A stretch of 63,966 bases of DNA, counting the filler, from Reclinomonas americana ATCC 50394 (Eukaryota), in NCBI GenBank assembly GCA_048213135.1. It is 5 parts of 3 records of this genome, joined end to end, with 100 filler letters (N's around TTAATTAATTAA, not from the genome) between each part and the next. Parts side by side here need not be neighbours in the genome. Positions count along the whole stretch, not along the records: positions 27,859 to 44,248 come from PS015299.1; 4 more parts are not named here. The stretch is one strand, 5' to 3'. The notes beneath the pieces are model-generated. The model saw nothing but the letters and a program-made list of their open reading frames with translations, was not told the DNA's origin and made no database searches. This document shows, piece after piece, positions 31,832 through 44,348 of this stretch. The position numbers were made by a program, and so were the translations under genes. Each line of letters starts with the position of its first letter. Position 1 is the stretch's first letter.

Positions 31832-32470
31832 TCCCCATCTCTCTCCCTCTCCCTCGCCTTCTCTCTCTCCTCCCCCTCCTCTCCTCACCTTGTACGCCAA
31901 CGACGGATCAAACGGCTGCACAGGCGCCACCCCAAACGAGTAATTCGCCGCCGCCTCTGTCGCCACCATCGGCGACAAGATATCATCCTCGACGTACAAC
32001 GGGAGCGGATCGGGATGAAACAAGTTGTATTGCGACACGGGCATGACAGTCGGCAATCCCTCACGCATCCGATCACTATCCAAGTCCACCTCGTGCGCAT
32101 CAACCACCTCTTCTCCATTGACTCCACCAGTGTGCTGCTGCTCTCCACCTGCACCTGCCTCGTCACTCACAGACTCGCCACCACTGTCATACACAATGTT
32201 CTCGTCGACGTTGCTGCCGAGATTCATGCGAGAGAGCGCAGTGGAGGCGCGACGTTGCAGCGTGTTACGTCGACTGCCCGCGGGCGCGGGAGGATTGACA
32301 AACACAATCAGAGGCTCTTGCTGTTGCGGTTGAGGAGCTGCATCAGTTGTTGTTGTTGCTGCTGCTGCAGTGTCAATGGGCGGTGGCGCAAAGGTCACTG
32401 CTGATGCAGCTGCTGCTGGCGGTGCTGCGGGCTCAGTGGCGGCGGCATGAGAGCTCGGCTTGCAACCCAT
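28013..32470 (-). CDS. LCIB/theta-carbonic-anhydrase-like protein with acylated (MGC) disordered N-terminus; 3' end lost at linker
   Basis: Spliced sequence VAYTNCGD...SFKPTGGG...VAHM...YVLVGIDLATHCG...RTACGAIVGCL gives the Cys-x-Asp / His / ACGA Zn-ligand pattern of the LCIB family. ATG at 32470 (MGCKPSS). Confidence 0.55.
30824..31083 (+). repeat. Intronic ~26-nt minisatellite (gtcgcagtgcacacgctccccctcac)n, about 10 copies, decaying towards ~31680
   Basis: Head-to-tail copies without unique spacers. Confidence 0.9.
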
Positions 32471-32731
32471 TGTGTGCGCGTGAAGCAGGGGGAAAGGGGT
32501 GCGCTTTGGCGACCACGCGCGCGCTTTTGGGTGGTTCCCGCCAAAAACCCACAGACAATGGCGTTTCGCGTGTGTGTGTGTGGCGTGCGGGAGTTGTGCG
32601 CGTGTGTGCACGAGTGGCCGTGGGCGCTGTAGCGACTGCGAACAAAAAAAGCATAACTGCGCGCGGTTTTCTCCGATGTCCCCGCGCTCCTTTGTTCATT
32701 TTCCTCGCGCGCGGTGTTTTGTTTCGCTTGC

Positions 32732-35397
32732 TCAGGCCTTCACGCGGTCGATGAGCTCCTGTGTGAATTCGGTGCAGGTGGCCTTGCCGCCGAGATCGCC
32801 GGTGCGGATCTTGCCTTCGACGAGGACCGAGTGCACGGCGTTTTCGATGCGGGCGGCATGCTCGCGCAGGTTCAGGTGCTGCAGCATCATCACGCCGCTG
32901 AGCAGCAGGGCTGTGGGGTTTGCTCTGTGGTGCACACCAAGCACAGACACATCCCGAGTTATGCTTGTGGAGAGGCAAAAGGCAAGGGAGACTGACGCAA
33001 CTTGTTCTTCCCGGCAATGTCGGGAGCGGAGCCGTGGACGGCCTCGAAGAGCGATGCGTGGATGCCGTAGTTGCCGGATGGTGTCAAGCCCAGGCCGCCC
33101 ACGAGGCCGGCGCACAGGTCGCTGACGATGTCTGCATGAAGGGAAAGGTGTGGAGGGAAAGGGGGGAAAGGGGGGAAATGAGGAAAGCAAACTTCTAATG
33201 CCAGTCACTCATAAACTGTCAGTTGCACGTCGTTTCTCTGTCTGCCAATACTTTCGTGCGCTCAAAGGTTCCCGCCAACTCGATTCTCTGTCCTTTTGAT
33301 ATGGTTTCTCTCTTGAAAAGTGTTCCACTCTGTCAGCTGCACGTCGTTCCTCTTTCCAGCTGATACAATCGTACTTTCTCAATACCCTACTCGCTCCTCA
33401 TCCCGCTCATTCCCCTCGAGCAACGTAATCGTACTCTCTCAGCTGCACGCCAACTCGATTCTCTGTCCGTTTAATACGTTCCACTAATGTAAAATTGGCA
33501 CCCTCTCAGTTGCACTTCGACACGTTTCTGTCCTTCCTCACGTGTTGTGCTCGTATACTCTCTGTGGCACTTTGTGTTGGTCTTCTACTGTCTATTTACA
33601 CATCTCTACGATTTCTCTCAGCGTATTCTTGGTTGTTTCTCAGTCTGGTTGACACATTTCGACAATGTATTCTCTTAGTTGTACGTTACCGTTCCTCTGT
33701 ATAGTTGGCATTTAGCCCGTCTGCATTCTCTCTCTCGCTCACTCGCTCTCTTATCCCTCTTCTTCTTCCTCTCTCTTTCTCACTCTCATACTGTTGCCTC
33801 ACCTCCGAATACAAGCACTTGTTTGTTCTTCTGCCTCTCTCTCTCCCTCCCCTCTGTCTCCTGCAATCTCATCCTTCTTCTCCTTCCATCCCCCTCCCTC
33901 CCACATTCTCGTGGCGTCGCCTCACCTCCGTACAAATTCGGCAGCACCATCACATCAAAGCTCTCCGGATTGCGGACCAGCTGCGCATCACAAAAAAAGG
34001 GTGAGTGACGGCCTCCTCCTGCACACACTCCTCACACACTACCACCAGCACACCTGCATGCATGCGGCGTCGACAATGACTTCGTTGTACTCAATGTCGG
34101 GATACTTGGAGGCAATCTCGCGGGTGCATTTGAGGAAGAGACCGTCGCTGAGCTTCATGATGTTGGCCTGTGTGCGCGGTGATGTGAGCTCTCTGGCCTT
34201 CTCTCCCCGTCCTCCCTCTCCCACCAACCTTGTGAATGGCGGTGACCTTTGCACGTCCGTTCTGCCGTGCGTACTGGAACGCATACTCGGCCACACGCGT
34301 CGATGCCGTGCGCGTGATAATCTTGAGCGACTCCACCACGCCCGGTACCACCTCGTGCTCCAGACCCGAATACTCGCCCTCTGTGTTCTCTCGAATGACC
34401 ACCGTGTTCACGTGCTCGTAGTCTGCGCGCAGCGCGGCGAGTCAGTTCTTATTTTCTGAGCTTCTCCTCCCCTCACCCCCCCAGGTCGACGCAACTCGTC
34501 TTGATGCCCGGCAGCGTCTTGGCCGGTCGCACATTGGCGAACAGGCCGAGCTCCTTGCGCAGCGTGAGATTCAGCGAGCGGAAGCCCTTGCCGATTGGAG
34601 TGGCCATGGGTCCTGTGCAGCGCGCGCGAGTGTGAGACAGGGGAGAGGGAGAAAAAAGGGAGAAGAGGCTCACCCTTCAGTGCCACCTTGTTGCGGCGCA
34701 CCGACTCAATGGCCTCGTCGGAGACCAGCACGCCGGTGCGGTCGGCGGCCTCGGCGCCAATGGAGTAGGGTTCCTGGGGTGAGAGGGAGGAAGGGTGAGG
34801 GAGGAAATGAGAGAAGGAAACGAAGAGGCAGGGGGAGGAAGGAGGAAGGAAGGAAGGAGGACGAAGGAGAGGATGGCGAAAGGGGGCAATGGTTGAGCAA
34901 GAACAATGAGAGATGGCGTGTAAGGAAGAGGGGAATGGAAAGGAGACAGAAGCGATCAAGACGACGTGGAGTGAGAAGGAGAGTGGAGGAGAGGAGACAG
35001 AAGTGATCAAGAAGAGGAAGAGGATGATGAAGAAGGGGGACAACAATGATGAGAGGCGGCGAGTGAGGAGGAAGGATGCGGGGTTGGAGCAGGAGAAGAA
35101 GAAGAGAAAGAGGAGGTGGAGGACAAAGGAGAGGAGATGAAGGAGGAGGGAGGAGAAGGTGGATGGAAGAGAAAGAGGATGATGAAACACGGGTAGATTG
35201 TTGAGCATGCATAATGAGAGACGGCGAGTGAGAAGGAAGGATACAGTGTCGGCGTGGGGAAGTGAGGAGGGCTGTTGACAACGAAGCAGGCAGCTCACCC
35301 ATTCAACGGGGACCTTGGCGGCCTCAAAAATGCGCTGCACGCTCTCGGTGATCTCCGGTCCAATGCCATCGCCGGCGAACAGCGACACTCGGTGGAT
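32732..35397 (-). CDS. IDH3A: Mitochondrial NAD-dependent isocitrate dehydrogenase, catalytic (alpha-type) subunit; first exon(s) missing
   Basis: Eight spliced exons: [76 protein letters not shown] (D..SD of catalytic subunits), [32 protein letters not shown] at 32732. Confidence 0.95.
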
Positions 35398-35409
35398 CTT
35401 GGGAGGCTG

Positions 35410-35989
<580 letters not shown>

Positions 35990-36913
35990 NNNNNNNNNNN
36001 NNNNNNNNNNNNNNNNNNNNNNNNNNNNNNNNNNNNNNNNNNNNNNNNNNNNNNNNNNNNNNNNNNNNNNNNNNNNNNNNNNNNNNNNNNNNNNNNNNNN
36101 NNNNNNNNNNNNNNNNNNNNNNNNNNNNNNNNNNNNNNNNNNNNNNNNNNNNNNNNNNNNNNNNNNNNNNNNNNNNNNNNNNNNNNNNNNNNNNNNNNNN
36201 NNNNNNNNNNNNNNNNNNNNNNNNNNNNNNNNNNNNNNNNNNNNNNNNNNNNNNNNNNNNNNNNNNNNNNNNNNNNNNNNNNNNNNNNNNNNNNNNNNNN
36301 NNNNNNNNNNNNNNNNNNNNNNNNNNNNNNNNNNNNNNNNNNNNNNNNNNNNNNNNNNNNNNNNNNNNNNNNNNNNNNNNNNNNNNNNNNNNNNNNNNNN
36401 NNNNNNNNNNNNNNNNNNNNNNNNNNNNNNNNNNNNNNNNNNNNNNNNNNNNNNNNNNNNNNNNNNNNNNNNNNNNNNNNNNNNNNNNNNNNNNNNNNNN
36501 NNNNNNNNNNNNNNNNNNNNNNNNNNNNNNNNNNNNNNNNNNNNNNNNNNNNNNNNNNNNNNNNNNNNNNNNNNNNNNNNNNNNNNNNNNNNNNNNNNNN
36601 NNNNNNNNNNNNNNNNNNNNNNNNNNNNNNNNNNNNNNNNNNNNNNNNNNNNNNNNNNNNNNNNNNNNNNNNNNNNNNNNNNNNNNNNNNNNNNNNNNNN
36701 NNNNNNNNNNNNNNNNNNNNNNNNNNNNNNNNNNNNNNNNNNNNNNNNNNNNNNNNNNNNNNNNNNNNNNNNNNNNNNNNNNNNNNNNNNNNNNNNNNNN
36801 NNNNNNNNNNNNNNNNNNNNNNNNNNNNNNNNNNNNNNNNNNNNNNNNNNNNNNNNNNNNNNNNAAGGGGAGCTTCTCCATTTTCTCCTTTCCCTCCCCT
36901 TCTTCCCACTCAC

Positions 36914-37054
36914 CCGCATAACACGATCTCTTTCCGCGGGCGCCACGTTCTTCAGTGCCTGCGTGACGCGCTCCATTTCGCCACTGCCGCCTGCCTCCGA
37001 CGCCAGTCGGAATACAGTGTCCACACTCTCCCGCCGACTCAGCTGCACCGACAT
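36914..37054 (-). CDS. Isolated first exon MSVQLSRRES...ERDRVMR, probably exon 1 of the ankyrin-kinase gene on an inverted contig
   Basis: Ends at a phase-0 gtgagt donor; the next + strand exon at ~39123 begins in phase 0 (DLLLRCAREG). Confidence 0.45.
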
Positions 37055-38911
37055 GGATGCAGAGGACAAGGCGCGGGCGGGAGGAGGAGGAAGAGGAGTG
37101 GGAGGAGAAGGGGAAGAGGAGGCCGCTGGAGGGCGCTGTGAGTGAGGGGGAGCGGTGAGTGAGAAGGGATGGAGAAGGGGGAGAGAGAAAGGGGGGCAGG
37201 AAGGGAAAGGAGAGTGAGTGAGTGAGTGAGTGAGTGAGTGAGTGAGTGAGTGAGTGAGTGAGTGAGTGAGTGAGGGAGAGGGGAGGGGTGAGAAGGGATG
37301 GAGAAGGGGGACAGAGAGGGGCAGGAAGGGAAAGGAGAGTGAGTGAGTGAGCGAAGGGATTGAGAGAGTGACTGAGAGGGGGAGAGTGTGAGAGTGAGTG
37401 AGTGAGTGAGAGAAGGAGAGAAGGAGAAGGAGAGAAGGAGAGAGAGAGAGAGAGAGAGAGTGAGAGTGAGTGAGTGAGTGAGTGAGAAGGAGAGAAGGAG
37501 AGAGAGCGAGTGAGTGAGTGAGTGTGCGTGAGAGAGTGAGTGAGTGAGCACAGTGCAGTGAGAAAGAGAAAGACAGAAACGAGTGAGCGAGTTCCGCTCT
37601 CTCTCTCTTTCACGCATGCACACAGACTCAATCCCATTCACTCTCTCTCTCTCTCTCTCACACACACAGTCACACACTCACTCAGACACTCCCTGATCCT
37701 CGCCTCGGCCTCTTCTCTCACTCTCTCATGCTCTCACTGAGCGAGCGAGCGTGCGGGAGAACGATCAAAAAACGGGACACGACGCGCTTTTCTCACGCGT
37801 CACTCTCTCACACACCAGCAAACGCAGACACACACACACTCCGTTGAGCTCCGCACACACTTTCACACACTATCTCGCACACACAAGCAAGCGGACACAA
37901 TTTCCGAACACACACTCTCAAAGACAGACAGACACACACACACCTCTCTCACACACAAGCACAAGCACACACAGTGAGAGACGCAACAGTCGCAGTAGGC
38001 GAGCTCCCCTTGCGCGGCTGCGACATGCAGACAGACAAAAACGCGATTGTCCTCTGCTCAGTGAGAGTTTGCGCGGGAAACTCTGTCTTTTACAACTCTT
38101 TCTCTCTCTCTGNNNNNNNNNNNNNNNNNNNNNNNNNNNNNNNNNNNNNNNNNNNNNNNNNNNNNNNNNNNNNNNNNNNNNNNNNNNNNNNNNNNNNNNN
38201 NNNNNNNNNNNNNNNNNNNNNNNNNNNNNNNNNNNNNNNNNNNNNNNNNNNNNNNNNNNNNNNNNNNNNNNNNNNNNNNNNNNNNNNNNNNNNNNNNNNN
38301 NNNNNNNNNNNNNNNNNNNNNNNNNNNNNNNNNNNNNNNNNNNNNNNNNNNNNNNNNNNNNNNNNNNNNNNNNNNNNNNNNNNNNNNNNNNNNNNNNNNN
38401 NNNNNNNNNNNNNNNNNNNNNNNNNNNNNNNNNNNNNNNNNNNNNNNNNNNNNNNNNNNNNNNNNNNNNNNNNNNNNNNNNNNNNNNNNNNNNNNNNNNN
38501 NNNNNNNNNNNNNNNNNNNNNNNNNNNNNNNNNNNNNNNNNNNNNNNNNNNNNNNNNNNNNNNNNNNNNNNNNNNNNNNNNNNNNNNNNNNNNNNNNNNN
38601 NNNNNNNNNNNNNNNNNNNNNNNNNNNNNNNNNNNNNNNNNNNNNNNNNNNNNNNNNNNNNNNNNNNNNNNNNNNNNNNNNNNNNNNNNNNNNNNNNNNN
38701 NNNNNNNNNNNNNNNNNNNNNNNNNNNNNNNNNNNNNNNNNNNNNNNNNNNNNNNNNNNNNNNNNNNNNNNNNNNNNNNNNNNNNNNNNNNNNNNNNNNN
38801 NNNNNNNNNNNNNNNNNNNNNNNNNNNNNNNNNNNNNNNNNNNNNNNNNNNNNNNNNNNNNNNNNNNNNNNNNNNNNNNNNNNNNNNNNNNNNNNNNNNN
38901 NNNNNNNNNNN

Positions 38912-38986
<75 letters not shown>

Positions 38987-39122
38987 ACCCTACCTGCATA
39001 TAACCCAGCCTTCCCCCTTGCCGTTCCCCCGTCCCGCTTCCCCCATTTACCCCTTTCCCCCTTCCCCCTTTCCCCCCTTCCCCCCCTTGCCTTTCCCCCT
39101 TTCCCCCTTCTCCCACGCCCAG

Positions 39123-42100
39123 GACCTCCTCCTCCGCTGCGCCCGCGAGGGCACACACCGCCTGTGCAGCCTGTTGGTGGCGCAGGGTGTCGCCCTCGAA
39201 GGCAAGAGCGAGCGCGGCGAGACGGCGCTGCAGGTGGCGTGCCGATGCGGCCACTTGAGTGTGGTGCGCATTCTGCACCAGCGCGGCGCTCGCCTTGATG
39301 TGGTCGACGACGAGGGCAGTTCTCCGCTGCACGCCGCCTCGGCCTGTCCCTCCGGCACCAATGTCGTGCAGTACTTGCTGGACCGCAACTGCGTGATTGC
39401 GAAGGTCTGTCTACATGCTGCCTCCTTCCTGCACTCGCACTCTTTTCACTCCCGTCGCAGAATAGTGCCGGTCGCACGGCCTTGTACGCCGCCTGCGAGC
39501 GTGGCAATCTGCGTGCCGCGCGACTGCTGCTCGAGGCCGGCGCCTCGGTCACGGATCTCGATTCGCAGTACATTACGCCGTTGCATGTGGCGTGCTCGAG
39601 TGGACGCCTGCAAGTGGTGCAGTTGCTGCTCGACAATGGCGCCTACATGGACGCCAAGTCGACGTACGGCGTCACTCCGCTGCACTTGGCTGCGCATTCG
39701 CCGCACACGCACTGCTTGTGCCTGCTGCTCGATGCAGGCGCGTCGGCGGCTGAAAAGGCCAAGGACGGCAAGACGCCGCTGCACTGGGCCGCGCACGCCT
39801 CCCGCCTGAAGAATGTTTTGCATTTGCTGTTGCGTGGCGCGTCGCCGTTCGACATGGACGCCAAGGGTCGGCATCCGGTGGAACTGGCGCACGATGGCGA
39901 AGTGATTCGCGTGCTCAAGAGTTTCGTTGATTCTTCTTCTGGGAAAGAAACAGCGCTTGCTCACCATGGATCGATGCACGTGCAGTTCACATGTCGCTGT
40001 GTCGCCGCGTGGATACAAAGGAGCTCGTGTACGCCTTTGTGCAGGGCGAGTTGTCGCGGCTCCAGCTGGTGAAAGATCTCAAGCAGACGCAGCGGGAGCT
40101 GAAGGAGCGGAAGAGCGAATGCCGTGTGCTGGTTTGTCAGGATGAGGAAGCTCCTTCTCACTCCCTCTCGTTTCCACCAGTTTCCCCTTCGTGTTCACTC
40201 GTTTCCTCTCGTTTCCACTCGGTTCCTCTCGCTTCCACTCGTTTTCTCTCATTTCCACTCGTTTCCTCTCGTTTTCCACTCGTTTCCTCTCGTTTCCTCT
40301 CGTCTCCTCTCGTCCCCACTCGTTTCCTCTCGTTTTCCACTCGTTTCCTCTCGTTTCCCACTCGTTTCCTCTCGTTTTCCACTCGTTTCCTCTCGTTTTC
40401 CACTCGTTTCCTCTCGTTTTCCACTCGTTTCCTCTCGTTTTCCACTCGTTTCCTCTCGTTTTCCACTCGTTTCCTCTCGTTTTCCACTCGTTTCCTCTCG
40501 TTTTCCACTCGTTTCCTCTCGTTTTCCACTCGTTTCTCCTCGTTTCCCCTTGTTTCCTCTCGTTCGCACTCGTTTCCCCTCGTTTCCCCTCGTTTCCTCT
40601 CGTTCGCACTCGTTTCCCCTCGTTTCCTCTCGTTCGCACTCGTTTCCCCTCGTTTCCTCTCGTTCGCACTCGTTTCCCCTCGTTTCCTCTCGTTTCCACT
40701 CGTTTCCTCTCGTTTCCACTCGCTTCCTCTCGTTTCCTCTCGTCTTTCTCGTCTTCCTTCCCTTCCCCTTCCCTCCCTTCTCCCTTCTCCCTCATTCTCC
40801 CTTTCCTCACTCACAGCGAGACGAACTGCGAGCGATCCGCATGTTCGAGACCGACAGGGCGGCGAAACAGCGCGAGGTTCATCGCATTCTGTCTCTCACC
40901 CTCACGCGTATCTCTCAGCTTGCATTAACGCGGCTGCATGGCAGGTGGTCATCGTGCGCGAGTTCCGCTCAGTCAGTCATCTCTTGTCGGCTCCCGATTT
41001 CTCGGTGCGAGCGCGCTCATGTCACGTGCTCAACACGCACTTGCGAAGAGGTGTGTGGCGCTCGTGACATTCCGCCTCCTCTCCTCAAATCGTTTGTCTC
41101 ACTGTGCGTGCGCAGGTGTAATGTCCAAGGACATTTTGCGTGTGCACTCGGCGGCACCCGCTGTCGTGGAGCTACTGCAGACACCGCCAAGCTTGCAATG
41201 TGTTGTCGACGTGCTTTCCGTGTTGGCCATTTGCTGCGATGATGGTGCGTCTTGGGTGAAGTGCGGCAAAGGGAGTGATCTGACCTGTTGTTTGTTGGAT
41301 ACTCGCTCAGCCGACACGGGAATGGCGGTGGCTCGTAGCGGTGGCGTGCGCATCGTGCTGGAGTTTGCTGTCTCGTCGCCAGAGAGCTTGGTGAGTGGTG
41401 TGGGTTGCAGTGATGGTTTTTTGAATGTCTATTTCAATCTCTAAACATTGCATCATCCTTCGTGCCTTTCTCGCCCTCTTTTCTCCCTCTCTCATTCACT
41501 CCCTCTGTTTGGTTTTCCTTCCCATTCTGCCACCTCACCCTCATTCTCCTCCATACAGGGCCAATTGTCGTCGCTGGCCGAGACTGTAGGTTTGGAGGAT
41601 GACCTGGTCCTCCTTCCCGGCGCCTTCAAGAGCAGCGTGGCGATTCCCGGTGGTGCAGTGGAAGCCGTGCGGTTTGCCGCGTGGTCACTGGCAAAGATGC
41701 TGCACGGTGGTGCGTCTGCTTGTCTTTCTCTTGCTTCTCTGGGCTTCTTCTTCTCACTGTCAATTATGCAGCCTGCGCCACTGCACCTCGCGAGCTGATT
41801 GCCGAGTACCTGTCGGAGGAGGACGTGATGCACATATTGCAGGCCGTGAAACGAGTGCAGATGCATTCCCTGCTGCCGCTGCTGTGGGTCCTGGTGCTCT
41901 GCGTGGAAAATCGTGAGTGGTGTCCCTTCCCCTCTCCCTGCCCGCCCTATGTGCATGTCGCCAACTTTCACTACGCAACAGCGGCATACGCCCTGCTCAT
42001 CATGACGGACTCCGACATTGGTGCACTGCTGCCGCTGCTATTTGAGGAGAATCGACTGGCTGCCGACGGTTCTCTCTCGCCGCCGCTGCCGCGTGGACCT

Positions 42101-44140
42101 TCGGTTCTCGCCACCACAGCACAGTTGCTGCAGTCGTCGACACCATCTGCTCGGTGCGTACGTGTTCATCGCAGCCTGTCACCGCAGTGGCGTCTCTCAC
42201 TGCGCCATCACGCAGCTCCGGCGACCTCGACAGTTTCAATCATTCTGTGCGCACCTTCTGGTCACAGGTGTACGAGGCCTGTGGCGGCACCAACGCGCAG
42301 AGTGCCATTGTGCAATCGGCACTTCGCACCGCAATCCTCTACCTGTGGAGCATGTGCGATGGAGATGGTAGGCATCGATTGCATTCGTGCCAGTGTTTGG
42401 CACGCATGCTCACTCACCCCTCCTTATCACCCTCGTCAAGCTCTTCGACAGGCCACGTCGGCCCACATGCTCAACTTGCTCAACGAGGCCTCGCTCAACA
42501 TTTGCTCGTTGCAATCGCGACTCGCCTTTTACGCACTGGACAAGATTCTGAAGCAAAGTTGCGTGCGTTCATCGGTCTTCTTCATTTCTCCGTGTCCACC
42601 GTCTTCTTTAGCCACTATTTCTCGGTTCCACGTTTCCGCATTTCTTCGTCGTTGAGCACTCATTGCAGCGTCTTTCCTCTCTCTTTCTCACTTTCTTACT
42701 CTCTTTCTGCTTTCATCTGCATTCTGTCTGCTGCCCATCTCCTCCCCAGCTCCTCCCCGTCCCTTTCTCGTCTCAACTCGTGTCCTTCCGTCTCCTTCGC
42801 GTCTCCTTCGCGTCTCCTTCGCGTCTCCTTCGCGTCTCCTTCGCGTCTCCCTCCCGTCTCCTCCCATCTCCTCCCGTCTCCTCCCATCTCCTCCCGTCTC
42901 CTACCCGTCTCCTTCCCATCTCCTTCCCATCTCCGCTCATTTGTCTCCCTTTCCCTGAATAATAGACTCGGCCGCCCACTACTGGTGTCGCCACTACGTG
43001 GACTTTGACGTCAAGATTGGCAACGGATTCTTCGACATTGGGCGCTCGGCCGAGTACCGCCACATTTCGCATTTTTTGCGCTTGCCACCGGACGACGGAC
43101 GCGAAATCCTCTACGTGTGCACCGAGGGCGACGACAAGGACATGGCGCTGGAATCGTGCATCAAGGAGTGCATTCAGACCATCAGTACGCGTTACGAGAG
43201 TGCAACACTGGAGAAGAAGGTTCGCGCCATTGCCGAGTACGTCGTGGAGCGCATGGGCGGACCGTTGCGTGCGATTGTTGGATATCTGCATCTGAATGTC
43301 TGCCTCACTCCTCCCCTTCTTTCCACTAGTGCCGGTCGACTGATTCCGACTCAATTCTATGAGCACGTGCGCGAACTGAAGCGCAAGTCGGGCAGCAATG
43401 TGTTGCGTGCCCGTCGTCGCACGTCACGCAATTCAGTCATCTTCATCCTCACTGTATCCTCACCGGCAGTGTTCGCTTGGGAGACTTGCGCATTGGTGTC
43501 TGCCGTCACCGCTCGGTGCTATTCAAGTTGTTGGCCGATTGCTGCGGCGTGCCATGCCGCCTTGTGAGGTGCATTGTTCGAGAACACTCTCAACCCCTCC
43601 ACATCTCTCATCTCGCACACAGAGGCACGCATGGCGGCAGCGACGACAACTGGCACGTGTGGAACGTGGTCAAGTTGCAGGTGCAAGACAGTGGATTTGT
43701 GTGGGACCGCTACGTGGTGGTCGACTTGATGTGCGCCGACAGGTAATTCCCGTGGCACTGATGATTTGCCACTCGATTATCACTCGCTGACTGTGGTGAC
43801 GCCGCAGGTATGCATGTTACGAGGAGGGCTCAGAAGCTGCCGAGGAATACAAGCGCATGGATGGTGGCTCCATTGGTGGTGTGTCGATTCAAGGCCACCT
43901 CAAGCTGCGGCGCAAGGAGCTCGTGGACATTGGTCAGCTGGGCAAGTCGGCGAATCAGGTGATTCATGTAGAAGCCACGGTGTTGCATCAACAACATCAT
44001 CATCCTCACGACGAGTCCTGCAGGTGTTTGCCGTGCGACACGTTGTCACGAACGAGGTGCTGGCGGTGAAGCGTGTGCTCCTCGATCCGGAGAGCTTGTA
44101 CCGAAAGCAGGCGGCGCAGCGTGAGCTGGAGATTTTCCGG
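39123..44140 (+). CDS. Ankyrin repeat - coiled coil - ARM-like - EDR1/CTR1/ARMC3 peptidase-like domain - protein kinase (truncated at linker)
   Basis: About eight ankyrin repeats (GETALQVAC, GSSPLHAA, TPLHVAC, GVTPLHLAA, GKTPLHWAA). EDR1-type motifs AAHYW...KIGNGFFDIG, VVERMGG, SNVVRLGDLRIGVCRHRSVLFKLLAD...PCRLVRG, HVWNVV, VVDLM. Kinase start VFAVRH...LAVKRV...RELEIF. Confidence 0.85.
40165..40745 (+). repeat. Intronic 21-nt minisatellite (ctcgttttccactcgtttcct)n built from 10/11-mers
   Basis: Directly visible; explains the FPLVSSR/ETRGNE pseudo-ORFs. Confidence 0.92.
42788..42925 (+). repeat. Intronic 11-nt tandem repeat (cgtctccttcg)n and variants
   Basis: Directly visible. Confidence 0.85.
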
Positions 44141-44214
44141 TGTGTGTTGAATCGCATCGCGTTCATCTCTCTCTTTCTCTCTCCCTTCCTCTCGCTCTCC
44201 CTCGCTTCCTCTTG

Positions 44215-44245
<31 letters not shown>

Positions 44246-44348
44246 TCCNNNNNNNNNNNNNNNNNNNNNNNNNNNNNNNNNNNNNNNNNNNNTTAATTAA
44301 TTAANNNNNNNNNNNNNNNNNNNNNNNNNNNNNNNNNNNNNNNNNNNN

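Noticed and set aside
32732..35397. Alternative genetic code or stop-codon readthrough
   Set aside because: In the conserved genes checked, in-frame stops fall inside GT-AG introns and exons translate normally with the standard code.
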